NCBI GenBank assembly: GCA_002500135.1
Contig: DLSM01000001.1
Location: 16,629-80,628, forward strand
DNA length: 64,000 nt
Direction of reading: 5' to 3'
Source of the DNA: Christensenella sp. UBA7862
Lineage (GTDB): Bacteria; Bacillota; Clostridia; Christensenellales; UBA1242
A model generated the notes under the pieces. That model searched no databases. It worked only from the letters and a program-made list of their open reading frames with translations, and was not told the DNA's origin. The position numbers and the translations under genes are program-made. Shown here in pieces: positions 16,790-31,700 of the stretch. Numbering within the stretch: position 1 is the stretch's first letter; every line of letters starts with the position of its first letter.

Positions 16790-19700
16790 GGCGGCGGGAG
16801 ATATGACGACCTAAATGTTTCGGTCGTTTCTATCGTCACGTCCGAAAACAAGAATGTGCAATTTAGCAGCAAGGACGGCTGTTACATTCTTGAACCTGGT
16901 GACAAGGTTACAATCAACGCAAAGGCGACTTGCTCAAGCGAGATTGCGGAGGACTTGTTGTTTGACAACTATTCGCCTTCGTCACTTGTGCCAGACGAAA
17001 ACGTAAATAGAAATGCAAAGACATCCTACACTTTCGATGTGAAAGCGCCAAGCGGTGAAGGGGTGTTTAAGATTGTTGTTAGGTCAAGAGAATCTGACAA
17101 TGGCGCAAAAACACTTCTATTCAAAGCTCCTGATGTTCCTACTCAAATCGCTTTCAAAGAAGGTGGTGTTGGTGTTGCTTATGGCTCAAGTGTAAACATC
17201 GCTGATGCAATTAAATTCTCAAGCAAGTTCAGTGAAAAATTTCCACAATATGAAGTGGGCGACAAAAACCTGAGATATGAAGTTGTGTCCGCTTTGAAAA
17301 ATGGCTCTGACGAATGGGAACTTTCTTACGATGGAGCAACTGGTGTTTTCTTTGCAAAAATTGATGGACAAGATGTTGAGGTGTTTAGCATTGTAAACGG
17401 AAAACTTGAAATCCTTGACCCAAGAGTTTATGGCGAATTTGAAATTGTTGCAAAAGCGAATAACTATGTTGACAATCTTCCAGCGTCTGCCTCTGCAGAT
17501 AGGAAACAGGCAAACGAAAAACTTAAAACTCAAGCAACTGTTAGCATCGTTGAACCAATCACTGTTCAAAATATTCAAATCAAAAGTGGAAAATCTGCTG
17601 GACAAATTAACTTCTCAAACATTCCACAAGAAACAAAACTTTCTGCATTGCTCCTAAACAACTTCTCGGGCGAATGGAAAGATGCGGATAACGATAGTCA
17701 CTTCTACAATCTCGAAAATGTTACCGTTTCTCTCAGAAATAAAGATGCAGGTAAAATTGATATTTCAGCACTTCTTGAAAGTGGCATGGGGTCACTTTCT
17801 GTTGATAATAGCAAAGAGGCAACCGAACTTACAAGCGGTGGAACTGTTAGCGGAAAAGAAAAATCTTTCACATTCTCGGCAAGCGGCACTGCGGGAACTG
17901 CATTTGTTGATTTTGTGTTTACATATCAATTTGGAAACAAACTTGAAATCAAATTCTCTGACCTCTATGAAGAATATTTGAAAAATCTTTCAGAAGACGT
18001 GATAAACTATCTCAAAAATCTCTATGGCGACAGTGTATTCAACAAATTTGTTCAATTTGATGTTCAATCTGTTCCAGACGGCGTGAGTGTTTATAGAGAA
18101 AATGACAGAACTGCCTTGAAAGAAAATGACATTGTTGCTGTTTTTGACAGATACAACGGGACTCGTGGCACAAAGTTTGAAATCAATATCCCATTCAAAA
18201 AGGGAACAAGTGACCAAGATAAAAAAGTTAAAGTTTATATCAAATCAGAAAATGTTGCTAGCGACTTCCTTGAAGTTAGTGACTATAACGGGACAATAAA
18301 TCTTAAAACCGAACAAGTTGACGGCGAAACAATTTACTATTTTGAAAGAGATTTGTCAGTTGATACACAAAACGTTTTCTATGTCAAGGCAAAACAAGGT
18401 TCAAATTTTGAAAACAAGACGTTTGAAGTGACAGTCGAAAGTTTGATTGAAACAAAGATTAAACTTTCAAACGGACAAGTTGTTTCTTCAAATTCTGAGA
18501 ATGGCGAACTTAAAAACAAAACATTTACTTTTAACATTGCACCAAGAAAAGGTGTAAGTGAAATAGCCGTTAAAACAATGGTTGCTAGCGACAATTTCCC
18601 AACACTTGGCGAAGAAGGTGTTTATAGCAAACTTGTGTTGCAAAAACAAAATGGTGACGCTGCCAAAGGGACTTTGATTGCATATGCTTTGGACGCAGAT
18701 CCAAGTTCTGATATTACATTGAGTTATGACTCAAATGTTGTTAAAGTTCAAGCAGTGTCCGATGTGGCAAGTGGGTTCTTTGCGGGACAATTTGCTGACG
18801 GGCAAAATCTTGCGGGTGTGTTAAGCGTTATTGGCCTTAAAAAAGGCGAAAGCAAAGTAACTCTTGAAGCGGATAATGGCTGCAAAGTTGTAATTTCCGT
18901 GCTTGTTGTTGAAAGTTTTGATGATGACAAAGTTGTGCTTACTGTTTCTGGTGACAGTGCAATAGCAAGCAACAATTTGGCGACAAATGGCTCAATAAGC
19001 GTTAGAGTTGGCGAACCTTTTGAAGTTTCTTACACCGTGGCTTCGGCTCAAGACGCTGTAAGAAGTGTGGCGTTCCTTTCTTCAAATGAACAAGTTGCAA
19101 CTATTTCTCAAAGAGGAATGGTGACAACTGCTGCTTCTGGCGAAAGTATTGTAACTCTTGAAATTAAATTCTACGCTTTTGGAATTAACAATGGATATGA
19201 CGTTTGGACAGAAAGAACTTGCACAAGACAAGTTAAGGTTCAAGCATTTGTTCCAGCCGTTTCCAAAACTTTAAGCAAAACTGAAATTCATGTTTATGAC
19301 TACAACTCTCTTGGCGGAGATTTGCCAAGTTTTGATATTCAAGGCAAAAAAGATTTGTCCAAAGTTTCATTTACAATCAATCTTGAAGGAAAAGACGGGC
19401 AAGTGCCAACAATCGTTGGAACAAATTATGCAGAAATAAAGATTGCTTCGGAAGATAGCAGATATATTGTCGGCTCACTTGACGGAAATGTGTTCTCGGG
19501 TGTGGCATATCTTCCAAGTGGTGTAACTTCAAAACACGTTAGAATTGAAGTTGTTATTGAAGAATATGGCGTAAAAGTTTCTAGATTCTGTGATGTTTAT
19601 ATTGAAAAAGCAGTTATGGTGGATGATATTGGTGTTGCTGTAACTGAAAATGGAACTGACCTTGAACTTGAAACTGTGGAAAATAAATCTGCAACTTTGC

Positions 19701-22700
19701 TTGCAACAACAAAAGCAGGCAAAACTTTGACCTTTGAAACTTCAATCTTGCCACAAGATGCAAGGGACAAAGATCTTGTTGTGGAATTGTTCCGTGCAAC
19801 AAGCGGCTACGACAAAGGTGCAAAATTTGTAAGTCTGGAAGAAGAAAACTTGCCAAAGATTTCTTACAAAGGCGAAGAAGCATATGAAACCATTGTCCGT
19901 GCGGGCGATAACTTCAATATCTTTATTGACAATGCAAGTTCGGGAGTGTTTATTGTTTCTATTTCCAGTGCAGATAGTGTGATAAGCGAAACGAAAGAAG
20001 ATACATATTATGTTAGGACATATAATAAAACACTTAATATAGTAGTTAAGATTGAAGACGGAAAACTTGTCCCTTATGTTATCAAAAATTCTGACGACCT
20101 AAGAGAACTTAACAACTCAGACAGAAACTTTGTTTTGGGTGCGGATATTTCTCTTGCAAATGAAAATTGGCAACCAATTCAAAACTTCTCGGGAACTCTT
20201 AATGGCTATTCAAACGGAAAATATTTCAAAATTACTGGTCTTACATTGAACGATGTGGCGGGCGAAAATGTTGGCTTGTTTGCAACCCTTGAAAACAGAG
20301 TTGAGGGCGGCGAAACTGCAAGTGACCCAATAAGAAATTATTATGGCTCAATTATGAACCTTAAACTTGTTGTGTCACAAATTGTTGTTACAACTTCAAG
20401 CACAGCGGCAAATGTTGGTGCTTTGGTGGGACTTAACAAAGGTCTTATCGTCAACTGTGCAGTGGAAGTTAATAACTTTAAAGTTACAACTACAAACGCA
20501 ATGAATATTGGCGGAATGGTCGGCGAAAATAACGGCGTTATCTTGTCTTCTGAAGAATCTTTTGGAAAGGGTAACAATAGTTTGGAAGACGAAACAAGCC
20601 AACTTGGATTGTTGCTTGACCATTACATGAGAGGCGAAACAAAGGACATTCGTTCTCTTGCAGATTTTGAAAATCTTGACTATGTTTCTGAAACTGTTGT
20701 AAAAGGCAATTTGGAAATCAATGCAACGGGTGCAGTGAATGTTGGCGGAATTGCAGGCAAGAGTGCTGGCATGATAAACGGCATTTATGGCGTGTTTGCA
20801 AGAAAAGACGAACTCGCAACAAGCACAAGCAATGCCTTTGCAACTTCTTATGAAACTGAAGGTGTTGACTCTGATGTAAACATCAACACAACTGGCGGAA
20901 GTATCTCTGGCGAAAACGCAAATGTTGGCGGAATTGTGGGCTTTGTCAGTGGCGGAAGTGTTGTAAATGTTTCTGCAAATGGTCAAATTGGCTATGTTCA
21001 AGATAATGCAGTTCGTGGCGTAAATAAAAATGTTGGTGGTGTTGCTGGCATAATTTATGGCGAAAACAATGTAAAAGTCAATAATGTTTTGACAACTGTC
21101 AGAGTAAGCGGCAACGACTTTGTTGGTGGCGCAGTGGGCAAGGCTCAAAATGCAACTCTTGATCTTGTGCGTGTGGAAAACAATAGCGGAAACCTCGGTG
21201 CTTTGGTTGTTGCAAATTCTGGCACAGTCGGTGGTGTTGTGGGTTATGGCAAGAATGTTACAATTTCTCACAGTTACTCACAAGGTTATGCAGATAGTTA
21301 TAACAGCACATACATTGCAAACGGCGACTTGAAAGTTCTTTCAAATGCAACTGTCGGTGGAATTGTTGGCAATGCAGAAGACGTGAGCATTGAAAATAGT
21401 TTCTCAACATTCAACTTTGTTGGCACAAACAATGCTGCAGCAATCAATCAAAGCGAAGGCGTAAATATTCAAAATGTTTACTATATTGGTGTAGGTGCAA
21501 GTTCTCTTTGCGGAACGGGCAAAGTGGCAAACGGCTTTAGTTTCTTTGTTGCACTTGAATACAAGGAAGGCGCAGCGGGTGTCCAACTTGCAGTCAAGGC
21601 AAGCAATTTGTCGGGGCTTAATGGCGGAGATGACAACTACTTTGTGGAAAATGAAACAATGAGAGTTGTTTATCCTTATGCAGAAAGCGAAGGAAATCTT
21701 GACTTTGAGTCAAAAGTTTTGGCATACACAAATAAAGGCGAAAAATATAGACTTTCTAGAAATATTCCTACAAGTATTTCTACAAAAGCAAACAACAATT
21801 CTGGTGTGGCAAACTTCCATGAAACAAAATGGAAACTTACATTTAACACAACAGAAAGCAATTTTGCAAAAACAAAATTCTTCGCACTTCAAGATGAAAG
21901 CTTCCAAAACGGACGTATGGCAATAGTTGCCAACCTTTCAAGCGAAGAAGAAAGAAATACACTTTCCGTTCAAGATTTGTTTGACATAATTGCTCTTCCA
22001 AGTGGCGTTAAATCTGCTCATCTTCTTTTGGAAATGTCAAGAAACAATATTGCAGAAGTAACTTCAGACGGAAATATTGTTCTTAAAAATGCAGGTTATA
22101 CAACTCTTAAAATCGTTGTCAAAGAAAACAAGTCTGTTTCTTGCGAAATTGACCTTTATGTTGTAAGAAACTTTGATAAACTTGTCTTGAACTCGGGCAT
22201 TACTCTTGCAGAAGATTACATTGGCAAAACAACAACTGTTGGAACAAATGTTGACGTGAATGTTATTGCAACTTTGTGCGAATATACAAAAGTAACGCAA
22301 GACAGAGTTATTTATGGCATTTTGGGCAATTCACAATATGTTTTGACCTCAGTTTCCAGTGAGGGATATTCTCTTAGACTTGACGTTTATGACGCAGAAG
22401 GAAATAGAGCGGCAGAATACTTTAACTCTGCTTCTCAAGAAGAAAAAGATAACGCTGTGTTTGTCAGAAGTGCAAACTCACTTAAATTCCTTAAAGTTGG
22501 CGTGTGGACAATTAAGCCAGTTGTGGAATATGCAAGAGATGGCGTTGAATTTGAATACATTTGTGACGACTGGACTTTCTATTTGAATACAATTTCAGGT
22601 GCAACAAACATCACAACAAGAAGCGAATCAAAAGAAATTACACTTTATGGTGAAGTTAGAAATGACAATCTTTCTGTTGTTGTGACGGCAGATAGTGACG

Positions 22701-25700
22701 AAGCACCAGAACTTGAATATGACGTATTGAAACTTAAAAGCAATGGCGAATATGAAAAAATTGACAAAACTGATGCAGAATTCCCATTTGTTTTGCCAGA
22801 AAAAGATACAGAAACTCACAGCCCATTTGTAACTCAAAAACAAGGCTCGGGATATATTTATCAATTCTCACTTATACTTAAAGAAGATGTGAGAAATACA
22901 TCTGAAATTAGCCTATACAAACTTAGAATTTGGGATAAACAAGGCGCCCTTGCGTCAAGACCTGCAGAAATTGTTGTGCATGTTGTGCCACAAGTTGTGG
23001 ATAACATTTCAACTACTCATTACGCTTATGTGGATGAAATTGCAACAATTTCAAGTGGCAATGTTGTTGAGGGATATGTGTATTCCTATACAGACGTTCC
23101 GACCAACACTTTGATTGCAGGAGAGGACGGACTGCTAGCCATTGACATCAGCCCATATTATGCAAATATCAAAAAAGTTGTTGTCAAATCTTCTTGCACA
23201 GACGGTACTAGCAGACTTGGTTTTATGCAACTTGTAAAAGTTACTTCAACTGACGGCAGAGATGCACTTGTTTATGCTCCAATGCAACAAGGAATTGAAG
23301 ACGGCGCTTTGCAACTTGGACTTGCTTCCTATGCAAAGGGAGATTTCACCCTAAACGGAAACTATGCATCTTTGACCAATGCACAATATTTCTTTGGCCC
23401 AGACGAAAGTGATAGTGACGTTTCAAATGTTGCAAGGCTTTATGTAAAAACTCTTGCTCCAAGTGATGTGAGCAGAGATGCAAAGTTTAGAATTACTATT
23501 GAAATCACTTGCGAACAAGCAGATTCTGAAAATGAAAACCTTATTGAAACAACAAGCACAAGCGAGCATTTGTTTACAATTCAAAGTGCTTATGGCGTTG
23601 GAATGAATATTACTCATGAAGGGACTGAAAGAAAAATAATCGCTTACACAGGTGCTGGCGAGGAAGCAGATTGGCTTGACATTGAACCTATAACTCCAAA
23701 CGGCGCTGAAGCAACTCTTTCTCTTGAAGTTGAAGACGCTTCGGGCAATAAGATTGCAGATGAAGACGTGCCAAGTTATGCAACACTTGAAACAATAAAC
23801 GGGAAAACAAGTCTTGTCCTTGGCGAAAGTGCAAATGTTGGACAAAAGATAAATATCAAACTTACAACCAATATTAAACTTGACAATGTTATTGTTTCTT
23901 ACACCCACGTGGAAACAGTTAATGTTGTTGACGCTGTTATAAACAGCATTTCCATCGGCGGAGCAGAAAACGGCGTTATCGAAATGACAAGTGCTTCAAT
24001 AAGAGTTTTGAGCATTGATGTAGAAGGCTTCGGCAAACAAGAAACTCTTGAAAATATCGAAAAACTTATCGCTCAAAGCGTGTTTATGGTGGGTGAAGAT
24101 AGAGAAGGAAAAGCACTTTATTGGTTTGCAACAGTTGACGGCAGCAAAAATGAATATAACATTGACTCTTCATCTTTTGGTGACAGTCTTCCATTTGTTG
24201 TCAACAAAGTTATAATGGGTAACTCGTCATCAACAAGACAAAGCATTGATTCAAATGTTTTGGGTTATGACGGAAATAGCAGAATTGAATTTACATATGA
24301 ACCAAGAGTTATGTATCTTCAAGGCTCGGCTTCATCTGGCAAGGTTGATTTGAGAGTTGAATTCAGTTATGTTTACAAAAACGGACAAATTATTCCTGTT
24401 CCAACAAGTATCCTTCAATCTGACTTCGTTATTTCAGCAGAAGCAACTGTTGTTGTCAGCGAATCTCTTGGCGAAGAAAATTTGCGTCCTATTGAAACAG
24501 AAGCAGACCTTAGAGCCATGGTTGCTGGCGGCGAATACATTTTGATGAACGACCTAACTCTTACAGATTGGAACCCAATCGCTGCAAACTTTAGCAGTTT
24601 TGATGGAAATGGAAAGGTTATCACAATTAAGAGTTTTGCATACAGCACAAACGCAACAAATTCTTCAATAGATTTGGGGCTTTTCAGCGAAATTTCTCAA
24701 AATAGTTTGGTGAAGAATGTTATTGTTGCTTATCCTGACAATATGCAGGGCGACCTAAACGGCAACTTCGATGGCATTGACCTTTCAAGTTACAATGCGG
24801 TCAACTTTGGTGGCTTTGCTGCAATCAACAACGGCATAATCACCAACTGCGATGTTATTTCTATCTCCTCAAATGGACAAGTTGCAAGCAACATCTCAAG
24901 TTACAACAACGCAAGTTATGCTCTTGCAATAAAGATAAATAAAACTGCAAAAAATGCAAATATCGCAGGCTTTGTTGCCCAAAACAATGGAACAATCACC
25001 AACTCTCGTGTTGGAAGAAACAATGTAATGGTGTTCTCAAAATCTAGCAGCGGTGACGCAACAGAAAGTCCAGAAAAACTTTCAACAGTTGCCCCAGTGC
25101 TTGTTATGAGTGTTGAGGGTGCTGGAAATGTTGCTGGCTTTGTTGCAGACAACGGCGGAACAATATCTTCAAGTTATGCAAACAATTTGCAAATGGAAGT
25201 TTTCTCTGGCTCTTATGGAACAAAGAATATCAAAACTTCTGGCTTTGTAGTTTCAAATGACGGCTTTATTCATGGCTCATATGTTGCTGGCTGGGAAGGT
25301 GTGAAGAAAGACGGAGTGCAAGTTGTTCAAGAAGGACAAAACAACAGAAAACATGGTGGCGGCATTTACACAAACGGCATTGTATCAGGCTTTGTGTATT
25401 ACAATGACGGCTTTGTCGAAGACTGCTATTCCAACATTAACATAAGTGGCGAACACACATATGCTTATGTTTCAAATGGCCTTTCAAGCAGAATTGACGC
25501 AGAACAAGATATAAACATCCCAGTGGCAAGCGGCTTTGTATATGTAATGGGTGAAAAAGCAACAATCAGAACTTCTTACTCATTAAGTTATGTAAAATCT
25601 AAATCAACGAATGCACATGCAATGTTCCAAGGTTGCTTGAACGGAGTTGATGTTGATTCTTCAAGAAGACCAACTCAAACTTCACTTAAATATGGCACCA

Positions 25701-28700
25701 TTGAAAATTGCTACTTCTTAATGGAAAAAGACGATGACGTTGAAAGAAGTCACGAAAGAGCAATCATGCTTTCAACTGGCGATGCAAACGAGGAAGAGGG
25801 CGACAGTGCAACAATCAACGAATTTATCTCCGAAGGAAGTTTCAATGGCTTTGCATTTGACCCAGATACACTTAGGGCAAGCACTTATGAAAGCAGTGGC
25901 GGCGTTTGGACTATTGTTAAAGACGGCATTTATGGCTATCCAGAACTTTTGAGTGCAAACAATGTTACAATGTCTGCACGTGTTCGTGGACAAACAGAAA
26001 CAGAAGAAGGAATTGTTACAAAATATTATTTTAACTATATTCAAGGATATGACGCAGGTACAGTCAAAAACCCATATCTTGTTTATAGCGAAGATTCATA
26101 CAACAATGTTTTCAAAAGCAAACAACAAGAGTCTTTTGACAACAACATAACATCAAAATTTACTGGCAACATTAGACTTGTAAAAAGTTTTGTTATGGAA
26201 AAAAGGTCAACATATTCATCAAGTGTTGAATACACTTCAAATCAAGGTTCGGTGTCTGTGTTTGACGGGAACTATCTCACAATTTCCAACATTGACCTCG
26301 GCGAAAGTGCTGAAGATTCATTTGGACTTTTCAAAGATATTTATGGTGCTGGCGTAAAGAACTTGACCCTGGGCGTAAACTCCATTGTGTCCGGCAACTG
26401 CACCGCTGTTGGCGCACTTGCTGGTGTAATTATTGATAGTGTGATAAGCAACATTACGCTTGTTGCGATGGGAAGTGAAGACAACTGGAACATCACAGGC
26501 AACAATTATGTTGGTGCGCTTGCTGGTGCCGTTATTTCTAGCACATATTCAACAACTTCTGCAACTGGAACAAGATTTAGCAGAATTTCAAACATTAGGT
26601 CAAATCTTTCTGTTACAAGCAGCAGAACCTCCTCTCAAGGCTCTCAAACAAGAGTTATCACCTCAACCGACCTTTGGGAAGCAATCGCTCCAAGAAACAT
26701 CTCCACTGGCGGGAATTATGCTTCTGCAAGCAACCTTAGACTTTCCAATCTTCCAAAGAATGTCTATTATGCAGGCGGCATTGCTGGTGTTGTTTCTCTC
26801 AGCCAAAGAAGCAGTGACAGAAACAGTATCCTTATGGACAAAGTAAATGTAGATAATGTTCATGTTGGCTCATTCGTTCAAAACAGCAAACTCTCTGGTG
26901 CAAGCGTTGACAATAATGGCAATTACAACGGGAATGTAAATATCCTTTCAAATTATGTTGGTGGATTGTTCGGCTTTGTTGGCGAAGAAACTTATGTTGA
27001 AAATTCAAGTTTCATCGTTGGCAATAACTCCACATTAACATCTTCCCAAGTTGTCGGCGGCTTGACTGGATTCAATCTCGGCAAAATTAGCAAGAGTTAT
27101 GTTGGCTTTGATAAAGAAACAACAGAAAAACTTAATAATCACCTCATTGCAGTTACAACGGGCGGAACGAACACAGATACATTCAATGGCACTTTGTTTG
27201 GTGGAACTCCAGAATTTGTTGGCGGGCTTGTGGGTATAAACTCCTCAACAACGGTCTATAGGTCAGGCTCAATTCTTGACTCATACAACAGAATTGACGT
27301 CAGAAATATCTATGCAACCTCTCTTGGCGGAATTGTCGGGGCAAGTTCTTCGGGAACTATCTCAAATGTTTATACAACTGCAAGTTTAAGAGCAAATGAT
27401 GACGCTTCAAAAACTCATATCGGGGCAATAATTGGCGAAGTTGTAGATAGCGAAACTGGATATATTAAGATTGTTGACAAAGTTGGACAAGACGAAGCAA
27501 AACTTCACCTTGCAAACATTGTTGCTCTTAACATATATAACTCAGATGACTTCTCTCGCCTTGTGGAATTTGACAGCAATGGCGGAAAGATTGGCGCTCT
27601 TTATGGCTTCTATAGCAATCAAAAAACAGAAGACAGCGAAGGAATTGTTGACATCACAAGCGGCGACAACGGAATTTATGTTAATCGTTTCGGCTTGAAA
27701 AACATTGGCTGCGATTATGTCAGAGAAATTGCTATTCAATTTGGCGATGAACTTGGAAATAGCAATTTCGACTTGGCTAAATACAAGGAAAAAGAATCAG
27801 AAGCAACAATCTTTGAATATTGGGGTGTTGGCGAAGGCGGAAAGAAAGATACATATCTTGATAAGAGTTTGTCTGAAAAAATTCTTCCAGACCAATTCCT
27901 AAAACTTTTCTCCACAACTCTCAACGCAAATAAAGCAGCGAGAGATAGATATTTCTCAACAGATAAGTGGAGCAGAGAAATTTGGAAATATGACGCTCCA
28001 AACAATAGTGATGACGAATATGACGTGTTGCCAGTTCTTGAATATGGCTTCAACGCAGCAACAGAAAAAATTTACACTGCAGAAGAATTCTACAACAAAC
28101 TCGGTGCAAAAAATACTGCTGGCAAAACATATATGATTATGCGTGACATTGACTTTGGCAGCGAAACATCATTCAGACCTATCACCGAAACATTTGAAGG
28201 CAGTTTGTACGGCGCAAACATTACCTACACAGAAACTGTTGGAAGTGAAGTTAAAGTTTATAGAAGAAAACCAATTCTATTTAACATCAACTTAAAATCA
28301 AGTAATGCAAGTGAAAAATACGCAATGTTCATTTCAACAAGAAATGCAACATTTTCCAATTTCAATGTTGTTGTGGCAGATTATAATGTTTCATATGACT
28401 ACAGCGGCACAAAAGATGGAACACAATCATTTGGTGCTGTACTTGTTGCAAGTGCAGAAAATTCTACGCAAATTAACAATGTTTTTGTCTATGGTGATTT
28501 GACAGGCAATTATGGCAGAATTTCATCAACAACTGGTTCTAACGATTACACAGGCACAGATGCCGACCAAATAGTTGTTTCACAAGGTGCATATTACAGA
28601 GGCAACGCTCTTGAAAACTATAGCAACCCATATCTCGTTGTGGGCAGCGGCTCTGGAACAACATACGTGTACAACAGCACAACATTGCAGTTTGTCGATA

Positions 28701-31700
28701 ATGAAAACAACTTCCTCAAGATTGGCAAATCTAATACCATTAGCACAAATGCTACAACATTTGGCACACTTGTTGGCACTTCTGCAAACACTGTTGTAAA
28801 TATCAGCCACTCAAGTGCAAACCTTGGCTTGAACGTAAATTATAATGGTTGCAAAGGCTCAACCGCTCGCACTGTTGGCGGCATTGCTGGCTCAATAAAA
28901 GGCGAACTGAGAAATGTTGTATCTAAAGTTGATATAACTGTTTATGATGAACAAGACATTGCAATAAGTTCACTTAGTGTTGGCGGCGTGGCTGGCTCTA
29001 TGCTTGGCAGAATGGAAAATGTTTATGTAAATAACAGAACTATCAATGTTGGTACTTCCGAGCACCCATTTAAGACATCTTCAGATGTAAAGACAAATGC
29101 AATTTATGTTGGCGGACTTGTAGGCTCGGCAGATTCATATCTTGCAAATCAAGGCGAGGAAAGTTCTCGTGTTGGCAGTGCAAGTCAAATTTATGCAAAC
29201 GACATGGCAATAAATGTCTATGCAAAGGGTAATTCCTATGTGGCTGGTGCTATTGCAATAAGCACATTCAATATTTCAAAAGCTGAAGTAAAACAATCAG
29301 CTGACGAAAACGGCAACGCCAAAAGAAGTATTGCTCTTAACTGCTTGTCAGAAATGGGAACAGACGACTTGTACGTGCTTGGTGGCGTTGTGGCAACAAG
29401 TTCTGCACAAGATATAAGAAATGTTTATAGCAATGTTTCACTTCAACTTACAGGTGCAAACTTCAACACTGCTATAATCGGCGGCATTGCTGGCTATCTA
29501 ACTGGCAAGAGTTCCTACACATTTGACAGTGTTGTTGTGGACGCAGACAGCCTTAAAGTTCTTAACGGCGGAAAGAATGTTCCAAAAGGCGCACAAATTT
29601 TCGTTGGCGGAATTGTCGGCAAAACAGAAAAAGATACAGACACAATTTCCATTAACAAAGCAATCTCCACAGCAGACATCATTTGCGACCAATTTGCTTC
29701 TATGAGTATTGGCGGATTTGTTGCAAAAGTCGCAAAACTTAAAGTTTCAACTTCTGTTGTGCTTGGAGATATAACTCTAAACAGAGTTTTGGGTTCAACA
29801 AGTAATAACGATGAAATCACAAACAATGCAGCAGATGTTGTGTCATTGTTCCTTCCAGAAAGCCCAACATACATCGGCGGACTTGTTGCCGATTGCAAAG
29901 TGCTTGACAACGCTTCAGACACAAGAAACGTCCTTGTCGCTTCAACCATAAGAGATTATGCAATGGGACAAAAATTGAACCTTTACATCGGTGCAGTTTG
30001 TGGCAGACAACGTGACGATGACATGGCAAAAGTTTCCACAAATCTCATTGTAACTTGCGAAAATATTGCTCTTGTTTCAAATGAACTTTCAAATGTCAAG
30101 AATGTTTCTCAAACTGAACTTAGTGACGATAATGGTGATGGAGTATTTGGTGAGATTTATAACGATGGACTTAAAGGAACTCAAGTTGATACAAACAGCA
30201 AAATTTATAGCAAGTTCTACTCAAAATATGCAGATAGAGCAGTAGGCGAAGCAAAAGTCACAACAAAAGAGGGTAGCAAACTTAGACCTCTTCCTTTCGA
30301 CAATGCTACAGTTCTTGAAAACAACAAATATTATATCTTGACAAAAGATGTAGAACTTGAAAAGTCAGTTCCAGTTAAAGAATATGAAATTACTGGCGGG
30401 AAAACTATGTTGGCTGTTGGCTGGGTGTTGAATGCTCAAGGCTTCGAGATTATTGCCAAAAACGGCGATAAGAGAATTCCAGTGTTCGACACAATCACCA
30501 GAAATTCTGCAGTGTCAGCGCTAATGCTCAACATTTCTGGAGATATTGAAAATACAAGGGAAGATTTATTTGCTCCACTTGCAAATATCAACGAAGGCTT
30601 TGTCTATGCAAGTTCTGTAGTTGGCAAAATCAACACAAGTCTTGATGTTTCTTCATTTGTTTACACAAACAATGGCGTTATTAACAAGTGCTTCAGCATG
30701 GCTGATATCAACATATCTTCTGGCGCTGGCGGACTTGTTTCTGCAAACGGAACAAGGACTGGCGATAACTACAAAATTGGAAATATCTACGACAGTTATT
30801 ACACTGGCTCAATTGAATTGACCGACACAAACAACGTCACTCCAGTTGGCACACTTGCAAAATTAAGTTCATATGGCGTAATTTCAAACTCCTACACAAT
30901 GGCGGATATTGCAGTTGCAGAGGGAACAACAAAATATAGTGCAACCTATCCAGTTGCTTCTGTTACACCACTTGACGGCAACTCAAATTGGAAAGCAACA
31001 GCAAACTTCTACAGAGTTTACTATGATTACATTCCATATGTTGCTGGCAACGAAGGACAGAACATGTCCTCAATAAGTGACAGAACTGTAAACAGCAACT
31101 TCATTTCAAGCACAGGCTTCTATTTGTGGACAGTGTCATTCACTGGCGAAACAAACTCCACAACTCAAACTGCAAACACAAGCAACGCAACCATTGCAGA
31201 AATGTTCCAAACTCACTGGATTGTTCCAGAAAGGGATAAATCGACTGGTGCTTTGAAAGGCGAACTTGTTGACTTCTTCAGTTATGCAGACGGCTCATCC
31301 AGTGCAGAAAACACAATTGGCATTGATTCAACTTGGTTTAACTATGGATATATCACCAAGAACTATATCAATGTGTTCAGCGGAACAACAAGAGATAAAA
31401 ACATTTCAAGCGAATCACCATTCCCAAAACTTGTCAGAAAATACTTCAATAGTATCTACACTGGCAACGGTTTGGCAGATAGACTTGGCAATTCCTACGC
31501 TCCAGATGTTGTAAATTCTTTGGGCGGTGGTGTAGGACCTGTGAGTGGTGGCAAAGTGCAAGGCTTTGAAAATATGCCATATTCAGTTAAACATGCTGGC
31601 TTGTTCGACATCTTTGTATCTTCAAACAACATTGGTACATCTCCAAAATATAGATATTACAGATTTACAAAAACTCAAGTGAACTTTGCAAAATACTCAA

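Noticed and set aside
20396-21271. Long antisense ORFs inside the giant genes and rpoB: 291 aa at 20396-21271, 301 aa at 62203-63108, 188 aa at 60610-61176, 164 aa at 38574-39068 and 148 aa at 50329-50775.
   Set aside because: The two I checked (20396-21271 and 62203-63108) are in the antisense frame that is codon-aligned with the sense frame. They stay open simply because the sense genes avoid TTA, CTA and TCA codons there. Their products are Cys/Asn/Phe-rich and low in complexity, with no start context. The sense frames carry unambiguous protein signals (RpoB motifs, GLUG repeats).
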